This document shows positions 1 through 11,830 of a stretch of 64,000 nucleotides of DNA, piece by piece (positions within the stretch are counted from its first letter, which is position 1; every line of letters begins with the position of its first letter). The position numbers and the translations under genes were made by a program. The notes below the pieces were generated by a model that saw nothing but the letters and a program-made list of their open reading frames with translations, was not told the DNA's origin and did no database searches. This stretch comes from Gammaproteobacteria bacterium (GTDB lineage: Bacteria > Pseudomonadota > Gammaproteobacteria > JBCCGL01). The DNA lies in assembly GCA_965277715.1 (NCBI GenBank), contig OZ255836.1, forward strand, positions 3,648,001 to 3,712,000, read 5' to 3'.

Positions 1-879
1 AGCGAGCACAACGTGGTCAACATTGTCGTGACTGCCCGCAGAGAAGAAAAATTGTAAAAACCGACTGACCTGCTGCGCCATGGTTTGTTTAAAAGGTTCG
101 AGTATTTCGATTTCATAGTTTTCCGGGAGACCGCCATTGCGTTTTGCCCTGCCGGCATCCTCGTAGGACAAACCATAGCGACGCATAATATCCTCGGTGA
201 GCTGCCTGCCGCCAAATGGTTGTTCACGTGTGTAAATCAGGTTCCTGTCGTAGATAACATTGAGGCTTGTCATGGTGGCGCCCACATCGACAATCGCCAC
301 TGTTTTGCCAGCACCCTGGTTGTCGATCTGGTCGGCAAACAGCGAAAACGCGTGTTCGACGGTATAGGGTTCAATGTCCATGATTTTGGTTTTTAATCCA
401 CCGATATCAGCCGCTGCAGACCGGTCGTCGACATTTTCGCTTTTTGATGCTGCCAGCAGCACATCGACAGTTGATGTCGAGTCAAGCGTGGGGCCAAGTG
501 TTTGAAAGTCGAGATTGATTTCCTCAAGTGGGTAGGGAATATATTGATCCGCCTCAAGCTGAATCTGGATTTCCATTTCATTGTCGCTCAATGTGCTGGG
601 CATAGTGATTACTTTGGTTATCACCGCTGATCCGGGAACGGCAACGGCCGCCGTTTTTGCGCGTGTACCGGCAGTTTTCACCGCGTTGCGAACGGCTTCA
701 CCTACCGCCTCGATATCTTTCAGGCTTTTCTCCTGGATAGCGTCAACCGGTAATGGCGATACCGCATAACTTTCCACGCGATAACCATCACCCTTACGGC
801 TTAGCTCCAGCAGCTTCACAGAAGTAGAGCTGATATCCAGGCCCACCATCGGTGGGCTTTTTTTACTTAGGGAGAACAC
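1..879 (-). CDS. pilM: Type IV pilus assembly protein PilM (3' end outside window)
   Basis: Not in ORF track because it runs off the edge. Manual translation from GTG at 879 gives MFSLSKKSPPMVGLDISSTSVKLLELSRKGDGYRVESYAVSPLP, the actin-like PilM N-terminus. Divergent from mrcA, as is usual. Confidence 0.92.
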   Translation of the reverse strand, partial: MFSLSKKSPPMVGLDISSTSVKLLELSRKGDGYRVESYAVSPLPVDAIQEKSLKDIEAVGEAVRNAVKTAGTRAKTAAVAVPGSAVITKVITMPSTLSDNEMEIQIQLEADQYIPYPLEEINLDFQTLGPTLDSTSTVDVLLAASKSENVDDRSAAADIGGLKTKIMDIEPYTVEHAFSLFADQIDNQGAGKTVAIVDVGATMTSLNVIYDRNLIYTREQPFGGRQLTEDIMRRYGLSYEDAGRAKRNGGLPENYEIEILEPFKQTMAQQVSRFLQFFFSAGSHDNVDHVVLA

Positions 880-1121
880 AATGGGTTACTGGGCACCTGT
901 TTTTAGGGTAAACATCCCGGCCAATTGGCTGTAGGGTTACTAATATAGTGTATAGGATAGATGTTAATATACTTTAAATAATAGCTGCAAGTTTCTAATA
1001 ATACTCTAGATCACAATTTACTCATAGCGAACTGGTATACGTTTTATCATTGGTAAATGCTTTATAATCATATTTCTATTCACTGAGTATAATCCAACCA
1101 CCCTTAAAAACATGCCCGTTT

Positions 1122-3641
1122 ATGCCTAAGACAAAAAACACGACATTAATAAAACTGCTTAAATGGTTGTTTTCAATCGGTTTTTTAGGTGTGGTGCTGG
1201 CGCTGGGTGGTGTGTTTGGTCTGTATCTGTACCTGTCGCCGCAGCTTCCCCCAATCGATGTACTCAAGGATGTACGCTTGCAGGTGCCATTGCGGGTGTA
1301 CACCAGCGAGGGTGATCTTATTGTTGAAATTGGCGAAAAACGCCGTGAGCCACTATCCATCGATAAAGTGCCTGAACAGTTGAAGGCGGCTTACCTGGCA
1401 GCGGAAGATGACCGTTTTTATAGTCATCCCGGTGTCGATTATCAGGGTTTGCTACGCGCTGTAGTCAATTTGATCAAGACCGGGAAAAAAGGCCAGGGCG
1501 GTAGCACTATCACTATGCAGGTGGCACGAAACTTTTTTCTCACCCCTGAGAAAAGCTACAAACGTAAAATTAACGAGATATTTCTGGCATTAAGAATTGA
1601 AAATGAATTGTCGAAGGGCAAAATCCTCGAACTCTATTTAAATAAAATATTCCTGGGTAATCGTGCCTATGGGGTTGGGGCTGCATCAAAAGTGTATTAC
1701 GGCGTTGAGGTGCAGGATTTGACCCTGGCACAGATGGCCATGCTCGCAGCATTGCCCAAAGCACCCTCTGCAACCAACCCAGTGGCGAATCCAGAAGGGG
1801 CTCTGGGGCGTAGAAATTATGTGCTGGACCGCATGTTACACCTCAATATGATTGACGAGAAAGCCTGGCAGCAGGCACGCAATGCACCCATCAGCGCTAA
1901 AATCCATAGCGCCGCGCAGGAGGTGGATGCTGGCTATGTCGGAGAAATGGCGCGTGCCAAACTGGTCGAGTTGTTTGCGGATAACCCTTATACCGCTGGT
2001 TTAAAGGTCTATACCACGGTGAAAACTGCGCATCAGGAAGCCGCTAACCGCGCCTTGCGCAAGGCCTTGCTGGATTATGAACAGCGACGCGGATACCGTG
2101 GCGCAGTCGATACGCTTGACGCTGAGGTTTTGGCTGATGCTGAACGCATTGAATTGGCGTTAAAGGCTTACCCTACTCCAGGTGGGCTTCGTCCGGCAGT
2201 TGTTACTGTACTGGCGGAACAACAGGCCGATTTGTTTGTGCAGGGTAGGGAGAGTGCACAAATCCATTTTGAAGATCTGAAGTGGGCAGGTAAACGACAA
2301 AGGCGTGGTAAAGGGGCTGCGCCAAAGGTTATCGGTGATGTGTTGGCTGTTGGCGATGTTGTCTATCTGGCTGATGACCAGGGGCAGCTAAAGCTGGCGC
2401 AGATGCCTTTGGTCGAAGGGGCTTTTGTTTCCCTTGATCCGAGTGATGGGGCTATTCAGGCGCTGGTAGGTGGTTTCGATTTTTACCGCAGTAAATTTAA
2501 CCGGGTGATGCAGGCGGAACGCCAACCCGGTTCCAATTTCAAACCCATTATTTACTCGGCTGCACTGGAAAAGGGGTATACCGCTGCCAGGACCATTAAC
2601 GATGCGCCTGTCGTGCTTGATGACGTCTCGCTGGAAGGTGAATGGCGCCCGGAAAATTACAGTGGCAAGTTTTTTGGCCCCACACGGTTTCGCGAAGCGC
2701 TGGTTCGCTCGCGCAATCTGGTGTCCATCCGCCTATTAGATGATATGGGGCTGGATTATGTAATGGATTATGTCACCCGTTTTGGTATTGACCCAGGCAA
2801 TTTGCCGCGTAATTTATCGCTGGCGCTGGGGAGCGGCGGATTAAAGCCGATACAGGTGGTGAGAGCCTACGCGACCTTTGCCAATCAGGGTTTCCTGGTA
2901 GAGCCCTATCTGATCGACCGGATTGAAGATGTCGATGGTACGGTTTTGTTTAAAGCCAATCCAGCCATAGTATGTGATGGTGATTGCCCCAAAAGTCACC
3001 AGCAGGCCGGGCAGAGCGAGACAACTGTGGATAAACCAGATGCGAGTGACCCTGTTGCTAGTGAACCTGATCCGGTAAAAACGGATGAGTCGGGCAATCT
3101 GCAAAAGGCTGGCGAGGCGGCGGTAGTTAACTATGCTGAGCGCGTACTCGACCCCCGCAATGCCTATATTATGCGTTCTATTATGCGTGATGTCGTGCGC
3201 CGTGGGACGGCACGCCGGGCGACAGTGCTGGGTAGGCGGGATATTGGCGGCAAAACCGGCACCACTAATGATCAGCACGATGCATGGTATTCCGGCTTTA
3301 ACGATCAACTGGTTGCCACCGCGTGGGTGGGGTACGACCAACAAAAATCGCTTGGTGCACGCGAGACAGGTGGGCGTGCCGCGCTACCTATATGGATAGA
3401 TTATATGCGCGAAGCCCTACAGGGATTGCCTGAAAATAAAATAATCGAACCCGATGGCATGACCTCAGTATTGATCGATCCGGTGACCGGTGACGTGGCT
3501 GACGGTGGTAATAGCGATGCTATTTTTGAAATGTTTCGTGTTGAGTATGCTCCCACGCCCAGTGTTTCTGGCAGTGGTGATAGCGCTGTAACTACACAGG
3601 AAATCAAGCAACAGGAAGAAACAACCGAAGGGTTGTTTTAA
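1122..3641 (+). CDS. mrcA: Penicillin-binding protein 1A
   Basis: N-terminal TM, transglycosylase motifs EDDRFY and GGSTITMQ, transpeptidase motifs SNFK and KTG. Confidence 0.96.
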   Translation: MPKTKNTTLIKLLKWLFSIGFLGVVLALGGVFGLYLYLSPQLPPIDVLKDVRLQVPLRVYTSEGDLIVEIGEKRREPLSIDKVPEQLKAAYLAAEDDRFYSHPGVDYQGLLRAVVNLIKTGKKGQGGSTITMQVARNFFLTPEKSYKRKINEIFLALRIENELSKGKILELYLNKIFLGNRAYGVGAASKVYYGVEVQDLTLAQMAMLAALPKAPSATNPVANPEGALGRRNYVLDRMLHLNMIDEKAWQQARNAPISAKIHSAAQEVDAGYVGEMARAKLVELFADNPYTAGLKVYTTVKTAHQEAANRALRKALLDYEQRRGYRGAVDTLDAEVLADAERIELALKAYPTPGGLRPAVVTVLAEQQADLFVQGRESAQIHFEDLKWAGKRQRRGKGAAPKVIGDVLAVGDVVYLADDQGQLKLAQMPLVEGAFVSLDPSDGAIQALVGGFDFYRSKFNRVMQAERQPGSNFKPIIYSAALEKGYTAARTINDAPVVLDDVSLEGEWRPENYSGKFFGPTRFREALVRSRNLVSIRLLDDMGLDYVMDYVTRFGIDPGNLPRNLSLALGSGGLKPIQVVRAYATFANQGFLVEPYLIDRIEDVDGTVLFKANPAIVCDGDCPKSHQQAGQSETTVDKPDASDPVASEPDPVKTDESGNLQKAGEAAVVNYAERVLDPRNAYIMRSIMRDVVRRGTARRATVLGRRDIGGKTGTTNDQHDAWYSGFNDQLVATAWVGYDQQKSLGARETGGRAALPIWIDYMREALQGLPENKIIEPDGMTSVLIDPVTGDVADGGNSDAIFEMFRVEYAPTPSVSGSGDSAVTTQEIKQQEETTEGLF

Positions 3642-3816
3642 CCTAAATTCCGCAGTTGAATCTACTGCGAGCACCTAATGCACAGAATCTAAAGCGCTTT
3701 AACCAGCATTTCAGCTTCACCTGTAGAATCACGACAGGATGGCTAAAATGCGGGTAAAAACACTTCATCTTCAGCACCTTAGACGCCCTCGCTACGATTC
3801 AACTGCGGAATTTAGG
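3642..3816. mobile_element. 175-bp MITE-like element, copy 1
   Basis: Terminal inverted repeats cctaaattccgcagttgaatc / gattcaactgcggaatttagg; near-identical copy at 41499-41673; no transposase. Confidence 0.85.
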
Positions 3817-4951
3817 TTTGCCCGTCTTGTCCGTCATGGTACTGGGGGCTTAGCGTCTGTACGGCTTCCACCATCGCGGCGACGTGATCTGGGTTGATAC
3901 GCGGGTGAATGCCGTGGCCTAAATTAAATATGTGTCCACTGCCCCGGCCATAGCTGGCGAGTACTTTGCCTACTTCACGGTGGATTGTCTGTGGGTCGGC
4001 ATAGAGGACATTGGGGTCGAGATTGCCTTGTAATGCCACCCGGTCACCGGTGAGTTCACGCGCACGGGCGAGATCGGTGGTCCAGTCGACACCGAGTGCA
4101 TCACAACCTGTGTCCGCCATTGCCTGTAACCATTGCCCGCCATTTTTAGTGAATAACACAACAGGCACCTGGCGACCCTCATTGTGCCGGTTGAGTTGTT
4201 CAATAATGCGTTGCATATAATTCAATGAAAAATCGCGGTAGTTCTGTGGCGACAGCACACCGCCCCAGGTATCAAAAATCATCACTGCCTGCGCCCCTGC
4301 GGATATTTGTGCGTTTAGGTAGGCAGCGACGGTGTCGCTCAATTTCTCCAGTAGCGTATGCAGACAGTCGGCCTGGTTAAACAACATGGATTTAATCTTT
4401 GCGAATTCACGGCTGGACTGGCCTTCCACCATATAGGTTGCCAATGTCCAGGGGCTGCCGGAAAAGCCAATTAGTGGCACGCTGCCGTTGAGTGCGGTCC
4501 GAATGGTGCGTATTGCCTCCATCACGTAAGCTAAATCGGCATTGGGGTCTATTTTAGGCAGCTTATCGATATCGCTGCGGTTGCTCAGCCGTGTCTTAAA
4601 GCGCGGCCCTTCGCCTTCAGAAAAGTATAGCCCCAGCCCCATTGCATCCGGGATGGTGAGAATATCTGAAAACAAAATTGCCGCATCCAGCGCAAAGCGT
4701 GCCAGTGGTTGTAAGGTGACTTTGCAGGCCAGTTCCGGGGATTTGCACAGTGTCATAAAATCGCCCGCGTCGGCCCGGGTGGCGCGGTACTCAGGCAGAT
4801 AGCGGCCTGCCTGGCGCATAATCCATACGGGTGTACGGTCGACGGGCTGGCGCAGCATTGCACGCAGTAAACGGTCGTTTTTCAGGTCGTTTTTTACATT
4901 TTCCACTAAACGGCTCATATTAGGTTCGTTTGATTTCCTAGACTCATACAT
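3812..4951 (-). CDS. hemE: Uroporphyrinogen decarboxylase (start may be further downstream)
   Basis: [15 protein letters not shown] signature and C-terminal IFNLGHG. Confidence 0.96.
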   Translation of the reverse strand: MYESRKSNEPNMSRLVENVKNDLKNDRLLRAMLRQPVDRTPVWIMRQAGRYLPEYRATRADAGDFMTLCKSPELACKVTLQPLARFALDAAILFSDILTIPDAMGLGLYFSEGEGPRFKTRLSNRSDIDKLPKIDPNADLAYVMEAIRTIRTALNGSVPLIGFSGSPWTLATYMVEGQSSREFAKIKSMLFNQADCLHTLLEKLSDTVAAYLNAQISAGAQAVMIFDTWGGVLSPQNYRDFSLNYMQRIIEQLNRHNEGRQVPVVLFTKNGGQWLQAMADTGCDALGVDWTTDLARARELTGDRVALQGNLDPNVLYADPQTIHREVGKVLASYGRGSGHIFNLGHGIHPRINPDHVAAMVEAVQTLSPQYHDGQDGQT

Positions 4952-4957
4952 CTAGGG

Positions 4958-6496
<1,539 letters not shown>

Positions 6497-6519
6497 CTAT
6501 GCCGAGGTGGCCACACTGA

Positions 6520-6972
6520 CTATGAAGTTAGGCGCGCCTTAATTTTTGCACTGACAGCAGCCATATCGGCACGGCCTTGAAGTTGCGGTTTAAGTTGTCC
6601 CATTACTTTGCCCATATCCTTTATCGTGCTGGCACTGCAGTTGTCGATAGCGTCATCGATTAGGCGATCAACGTCTGCATCACTCAAGGCTGTTGGCAGG
6701 TAATGCTGTAATACCTCAAGCTCGAAGATTTCCTGTTGCAATAAATCGTCGCGTGCTGCCTGCCGATACTGTTCCATTGATTCGCGGCGTTGCTTGGCCA
6801 TTTTATCCAGCACCGTAATAACAGCGGTATCATCCAGCGCGATACGCTCATCCACTTCGCGTTGCTTGATAGCGGCGTTGACCAGGCGAATAACGCCCAA
6901 CCGCCGTTTTTCGCCGCTTTTCATTGCGGCTTTCATGTCCGTATTGAGTTGTTGCTTGAGGTCGCTCATCAA
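6520..6972 (-). CDS. yqeY: GatB/YqeY domain protein
   Basis: MKAAMKSGEK...KDMGKVMG...GRADM pattern, directly downstream of rpsU. Confidence 0.9.
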   Translation of the reverse strand: MMSDLKQQLNTDMKAAMKSGEKRRLGVIRLVNAAIKQREVDERIALDDTAVITVLDKMAKQRRESMEQYRQAARDDLLQQEIFELEVLQHYLPTALSDADVDRLIDDAIDNCSASTIKDMGKVMGQLKPQLQGRADMAAVSAKIKARLTS

Positions 6973-7008
6973 AAACCGATGCCAAAAATACCGGGTTGCT
7001 GCGAACGT

Positions 7009-7224
7009 TTAGTACAAACGAACGCTACGAGCAGATTCTTTGGAGAGCTTTTTCTGGTGGCGTTTGACCGCAGCGGCCGCTTTGCGCTTGCGCTCGGTGG
7101 TGGGTTTTTCGTAAAACTCGCGACGGCGTGACTCGGTGACCACCCCGGCTTTTTCGCAGGCGCGCTTAAAGCGGCGCATGGCGATTTCAAACGGTTCATT
7201 TTCTCTGACGCGTACATCTGGCAT
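7009..7224 (-). CDS. rpsU: 30S ribosomal protein S21
   Basis: [21 protein letters not shown]...RREFYEKPT. Confidence 0.98.
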   Translation of the reverse strand: MPDVRVRENEPFEIAMRRFKRACEKAGVVTESRRREFYEKPTTERKRKAAAAVKRHQKKLSKESARSVRLY

Positions 7225-7409
7225 TGCGGTTCTACCTGACCTTATAAAAGTGCATAATTTATGAGCATCTGCTCAGCGAATCGACCATTATATCGTCCGG
7301 GCGCTGTGTTGCAATAATTTGTTTGTTTTATCTTAAGTGTGTCCGGCATCTGTTTCCAGGATCATCCTGGGCAGGTTCACGGGTACGCAATGTTGAAGAG
7401 TTTTAATCT

Positions 7410-8420
7410 ATGAAAGTCCTTGGTATTGAATCATCCTGTGATGAAACAGGTGTTGCTGTTTACGATTACCACGCCGGGTTGCTGGCCCATCAACTATACA
7501 GCCAGGTTGAAATGCACGCCGAATACGGAGGGGTCGTGCCTGAGCTGGCCTCGCGTGATCATGTGCGCAAGTTATTACCACTAATCCGTGAAACCTTAAG
7601 CGCTGCATCGTTGACACTCGACGACCTTGACGGCATAGCCTATACCAGTGGCCCAGGATTGGCCGGTGCGTTGCTGGTGGGTGCTGCCACAGGGCGGTCG
7701 TTGGCCTGGGCGTTGCGTTTGCCCGCCATAGGTGTTCACCATTTGGAGGGGCACCTACTGGCACCAATGTTGGATGCAGCGCCACAGTTTCCCTTTGTGT
7801 GTCTGTTGGTTTCAGGTGGTCATACACAGCTTATTCAGGTGGATCGGATTGGTGACTACCGGTTGCTGGGCAGTAGCCTGGATGATGCAGTCGGTGAAGC
7901 TTTCGATAAAACAGCGCAGCTTTTAGGTTTGGGTTATCCAGGTGGCCCGGCGCTGGCGAAGCTCGCCGAGTCGGGGCGGCCCGGTGTGTTCCGGTTTCCA
8001 CGACCCATGACTGACCGGGCAGGGTTGGACATGAGTTTTAGTGGTTTAAAAACGTTTGCGATCACCACTTACCGGAAATCTGGCCCGGATGACGCCGCCA
8101 ATATTGCCTGGGCGTTCCAGGATGCAGTTGTCGATACTCTGCTAATAAAAACGCGACGGGCGCTGGAGCAAACGGGCATTAAGCAACTGGTGGTTGCCGG
8201 AGGTGTCGGGGCCAATCAATGCCTGCGCGAGCGCTTTTCTCATGCGTTCAAAAAACAAAGTGTGCGGGTTAACTACCCGCGTATGGCATTTTGCACCGAC
8301 AATGGTGCGATGATTGCACTGGCTGGCTGCATTCGCCTGCAAGCGGGTGAAACAGCGTCTTTGGAAGTGGGGATTAGACCGCGTTGGCCTATGCAGGAAG
8401 TTCAACCATTGCCAGCGTAA
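7410..8420 (+). CDS. tsaD: tRNA N6-threonylcarbamoyltransferase TsaD
   Basis: [37 protein letters not shown]. Confidence 0.97.
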   Translation: MKVLGIESSCDETGVAVYDYHAGLLAHQLYSQVEMHAEYGGVVPELASRDHVRKLLPLIRETLSAASLTLDDLDGIAYTSGPGLAGALLVGAATGRSLAWALRLPAIGVHHLEGHLLAPMLDAAPQFPFVCLLVSGGHTQLIQVDRIGDYRLLGSSLDDAVGEAFDKTAQLLGLGYPGGPALAKLAESGRPGVFRFPRPMTDRAGLDMSFSGLKTFAITTYRKSGPDDAANIAWAFQDAVVDTLLIKTRRALEQTGIKQLVVAGGVGANQCLRERFSHAFKKQSVRVNYPRMAFCTDNGAMIALAGCIRLQAGETASLEVGIRPRWPMQEVQPLPA

Positions 8421-8480
8421 TTTCCCTGGTTTTCGTGTGCTTACCACAAGACAGTACATACATTCACGCTAAGCATCCAA

Positions 8481-9104
8481 TCAACCAGCTTTATGTGCGC
8501 CAATCCGGGGTTCTGTGCCTGCCATCAGGTTGCCAATATTACTGCGGTGGCGCCAAAACAGCAGCAGCGCAATACAGCAGAGTGTATAGATGATCACTGT
8601 CTTGCCACCGAGCAACCACAGATAAAGCGGCACCAGGCTAAATGTAGCCAGTGCAGCGACAGAGGAAATGCGAACACTCAGGCTTATAGCCAACCAGGTG
8701 GCGATGGCCAGCAGGCCACAAATCCACGATAGGCCCAGTAATGCACCGAGTGCGGTGGCGACTCCCTTACCTCCCTGGAAGCGGAAGAATAAGGGGTATA
8801 GGTGCCCTAAAAATGCCCCCAGCCCGGCAGCGGCCAATATACCGGCTTCGCTGTTGTCGTCTATATTGGCAAAGTGTACGGCGCAAACGGCCAGTAGGCC
8901 CTTGAGCATATCGCCTAATAGTGTGATGGCGGCGGCCTTTTTACCTGCGGAGCGAAGGACGTTAGTGGTGCCGGGGTTTTTTGAACCCGTGGTGCGCGGA
9001 TCCGGCAGTCGCATTAGCTTACAGGTTATGATTGCGGCTGACAGTGAGCCGAGTAAGTAGGCAGCGACGAATGCAATGCCCGTGAAAACAGTCAATGTAA
9101 CCAT
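8481..9104 (-). CDS. plsY: Glycerol-3-phosphate acyltransferase PlsY
   Basis: YLLGS, GSKNPGTTN, GGKGVAT, RHRSNI motifs. Confidence 0.95.
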   Translation of the reverse strand: MVTLTVFTGIAFVAAYLLGSLSAAIITCKLMRLPDPRTTGSKNPGTTNVLRSAGKKAAAITLLGDMLKGLLAVCAVHFANIDDNSEAGILAAAGLGAFLGHLYPLFFRFQGGKGVATALGALLGLSWICGLLAIATWLAISLSVRISSVAALATFSLVPLYLWLLGGKTVIIYTLCCIALLLFWRHRSNIGNLMAGTEPRIGAHKAG

Positions 9105-9221
9105 AAGGTATTTCTCAGCGACAATGCGTTATTGTAGCGAATTAGGGCTGATAGGCTCTAAATAATGTTTTAGTTAAGATTCTTTTTCTACGATGGCTGC
9201 GTAGAAAGTTGGGGGACTGGC

Positions 9222-10127
9222 GTGAATGAAGAAAGCTTTGCGCTGAGCAACCGTTCGGTGCGGCAGGTGTTTGACCGGGCGGCAGATACCTATGATGCGG
9301 CGGCGGTATTGCAGGCCGAGGTTGGCAGGCGATTACTGGAGCGCCTGGATTATCTGCGTATAAACCCGGCGTTGGTGGTCGACCTTGGTACGGGCACTGG
9401 TCTGGCACTCGATGCGTTGCGCGACCGCTATCCATCGGCTCATATCGTTGGTATCGATATTTCTGAGGGCATGTTGCGCCGGGCGCGCAAGCGTGGTCGG
9501 TGGTTGCGGCGGCCACAGGTGCTCGCCGCCGATGCGCGGGCATTGCCGTTGGCCGATCGCTCGGTCGATTTGTTGTACGCCAATTTATTGCTGCCCTGGT
9601 GTGTGCAAATAGACCAGGTGTGGGCAGAAATTTCGCGTGTTTTGCGCCCTGGAGGGGCGATGTTGTGTACCACACTTGGCCCGGATACATTGATGGAGTT
9701 GCGGGCTGCAACGCAGGCGTTAGACTCAGCCGCTGTTCATGTACACGCTTTTATCGATATGCACGATATTGGCGATGCCCTGATTCGCCACCGCATCGCT
9801 GAACCGGTTATGGATGCCGAGAAACTACAATTGAGCTACCCATCGGTAGAGGGCTTGATTCGCGATTTGCGTCAAACAGGTTCGGGTAATATCGCCGCTG
9901 GTCGGCGTCACGGCCTCAACCGGTATTTGACTGCCGGGTCGATTGCCCGGCACTACCCTGGTAGTGACTCGGCTGCGGGTATTTCAGCGACAATCGAAGT
10001 GGTTTACGGTCATGGTTGGGCGAGTGAAGAGAGCGGGCAAACAACCATGGGTGTAGAGACCTATGTACCTGTGGCGTCTTTGCAGCGGCGCAAGGTCGAT
10101 GCATATTCCGTTAAAAAACCGCTATAA
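9222..10127 (+). CDS. bioC: Malonyl-ACP O-methyltransferase BioC
   Basis: FDRAADTYDAAAVLQAEV, DLGTGTG SAM motif, HVHAFIDMHDIGDAL. Confidence 0.88.
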   Translation: MNEESFALSNRSVRQVFDRAADTYDAAAVLQAEVGRRLLERLDYLRINPALVVDLGTGTGLALDALRDRYPSAHIVGIDISEGMLRRARKRGRWLRRPQVLAADARALPLADRSVDLLYANLLLPWCVQIDQVWAEISRVLRPGGAMLCTTLGPDTLMELRAATQALDSAAVHVHAFIDMHDIGDALIRHRIAEPVMDAEKLQLSYPSVEGLIRDLRQTGSGNIAAGRRHGLNRYLTAGSIARHYPGSDSAAGISATIEVVYGHGWASEESGQTTMGVETYVPVASLQRRKVDAYSVKKPL

Positions 10128-10340
10128 GTTAAGGCATCATCTACAATTTGGCGCTATAGGTTGTTGATTGCGATATTCTGGCAGAATCAGGTGTTGGCAT
10201 GTGAACTGCAAGCCTCTGAGCCTCTAAATTGCTGTGCATTTCAACTGTTTGGGCTGTCGCTTGGGTGTAAAGTCGGCTTGAGCTGTATCATGGGGTGGGT
10301 TAGGATGCGCTCCCAGCGAGAATGGCCTGTTTATACGGCC

Positions 10341-10519
10341 TGGGAGCTTGCCGGGTTTAGGTGCTCGTAACGGGAAAAAACTGGCTTGAGTCATTTTTTG
10401 TGCACTATTGAGGAGCATAGTGGTTCTATTTGACGGGATAGTATGCAAAAAATGGGTGCGCAAAAAAGGGCCAAACCGGCTTTCCGCAGTAGAGCAGTTC
10501 TGAACCCGACAGGCTCCTA
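10341..10519. repeat. MITE-like element with GGAGCCTGTCGG-type terminal inverted repeats
   Basis: Left end ggagcttgccgggtttag matches the reverse complement of right end ctgaacccgacaggctcc; an isolated similar end (ccgacaggctcc) occurs near 51135. Confidence 0.6.
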
Positions 10520-10623
10520 AGTACAAGATTTTAAATAGACCGAAAATGATACCGGTTTAATTGAGCACCGCCGGTTTTAAGCGGTTGACAGAATTTATTA
10601 AATTGAAAGTGGAGTAACTAAAT

Positions 10624-11772
10624 ATGGGCTCAATCTTTTTTAGGGCGATAGCATGTTTACTTGGGGTGTTGATCGCAATCCCGGCTGTAGTGCAGTCGGA
10701 TGAGTACCCTGTACCCCTGAATTTGCCCGTTGGGGTCACTGAAATCAGCCAATCAGTTTATACCTTACATATGCTGATTTTCTGGATTTGTTGCGTTATA
10801 GCATTGCTTGTATTTGGTGTATTGTTCTACTCGGTGTATGCACACCGTAAATCCAAAGGTGCGGTTGCGGCAACTTTTCATGAAAGTACTACCGTCGAAA
10901 TTTTCTGGACGATTATCCCATTTATCATTCTGGTCGCGATGGCTGTGCCTGCCGCCAAGGTGTTGATTGCCATGGAACAAACCGGGGATGCCGATATGAC
11001 CATCAAAGTCACCGGTTACCAATGGAAATGGCACTATGACTATATAGGTGAGGATGTCGGTTTTTTCAGTTCAATCAACCCAGAGCACAACGCTGCCCGC
11101 CAGAAAAACTCAGGTATTGACGTTACCCAGTTTGAGCACTACCTGAAAGATGTCGACAACCCACTGGTCGTTCCCGTCGGTAAAAAGATTCGCTTTTTGC
11201 AAACCTCCAATGATGTTATCCACTCCTGGTGGGTGCCCGATCTGGCTGTGAAAAAAGACGCGATCCCCGGCTTTATCAATGAAAACTGGGCGCTGATCGA
11301 AAAGCCCGGTGTCTACCGGGGTAAGTGTGCTGAGCTGTGCGGTCGGGATCATGGGTTTATGCCTATTGTGGTCAAGGCTGTCAATGAAGAGGAGTACAAC
11401 ACCTGGTTGGCCGCGCAGAAAGCCGGGGTGACGGAAGATGCCCAGGCGGCTGGAAAAACCTGGTCAAAGGATGAACTGATTGCACGCGGTGAAGGTGTTT
11501 ATAATTCAACCTGTGTCGCCTGTCATCAGGCGGGTGGTCAGGGTATCCCTGGTGTCTTTCCCGCCATTACGGGTAGCCCGGTGGCAATAGGTGATGCCAC
11601 TGCGCATACACAACTGATACTTAATGGCGTTTCAGGTACTGCAATGGCGGCATTTGGCCAACAGTTGAATGATATTGATATCGCCTCGGTGATTACCTAT
11701 CAACGCAATGCGTTGGGTAACAGTGTTGGCGATTTAGTACAGCCCGCCGAAGTGGCCGCGATGCGCAAATGA
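10624..11772 (+). CDS. coxB: Cytochrome c oxidase subunit II with fused cytochrome c domain
   Basis: CuA motif DVIHSWW...CAELCGRDHGFM; C-terminal CVACH heme c motif. Confidence 0.97.
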   Translation: MGSIFFRAIACLLGVLIAIPAVVQSDEYPVPLNLPVGVTEISQSVYTLHMLIFWICCVIALLVFGVLFYSVYAHRKSKGAVAATFHESTTVEIFWTIIPFIILVAMAVPAAKVLIAMEQTGDADMTIKVTGYQWKWHYDYIGEDVGFFSSINPEHNAARQKNSGIDVTQFEHYLKDVDNPLVVPVGKKIRFLQTSNDVIHSWWVPDLAVKKDAIPGFINENWALIEKPGVYRGKCAELCGRDHGFMPIVVKAVNEEEYNTWLAAQKAGVTEDAQAAGKTWSKDELIARGEGVYNSTCVACHQAGGQGIPGVFPAITGSPVAIGDATAHTQLILNGVSGTAMAAFGQQLNDIDIASVITYQRNALGNSVGDLVQPAEVAAMRK

Positions 11773-11830
11773 TGACAATGCGCAAAACCACCCTAACCCT
11801 TTTTTCAAGATTTGACTTCAGGAGCACACC

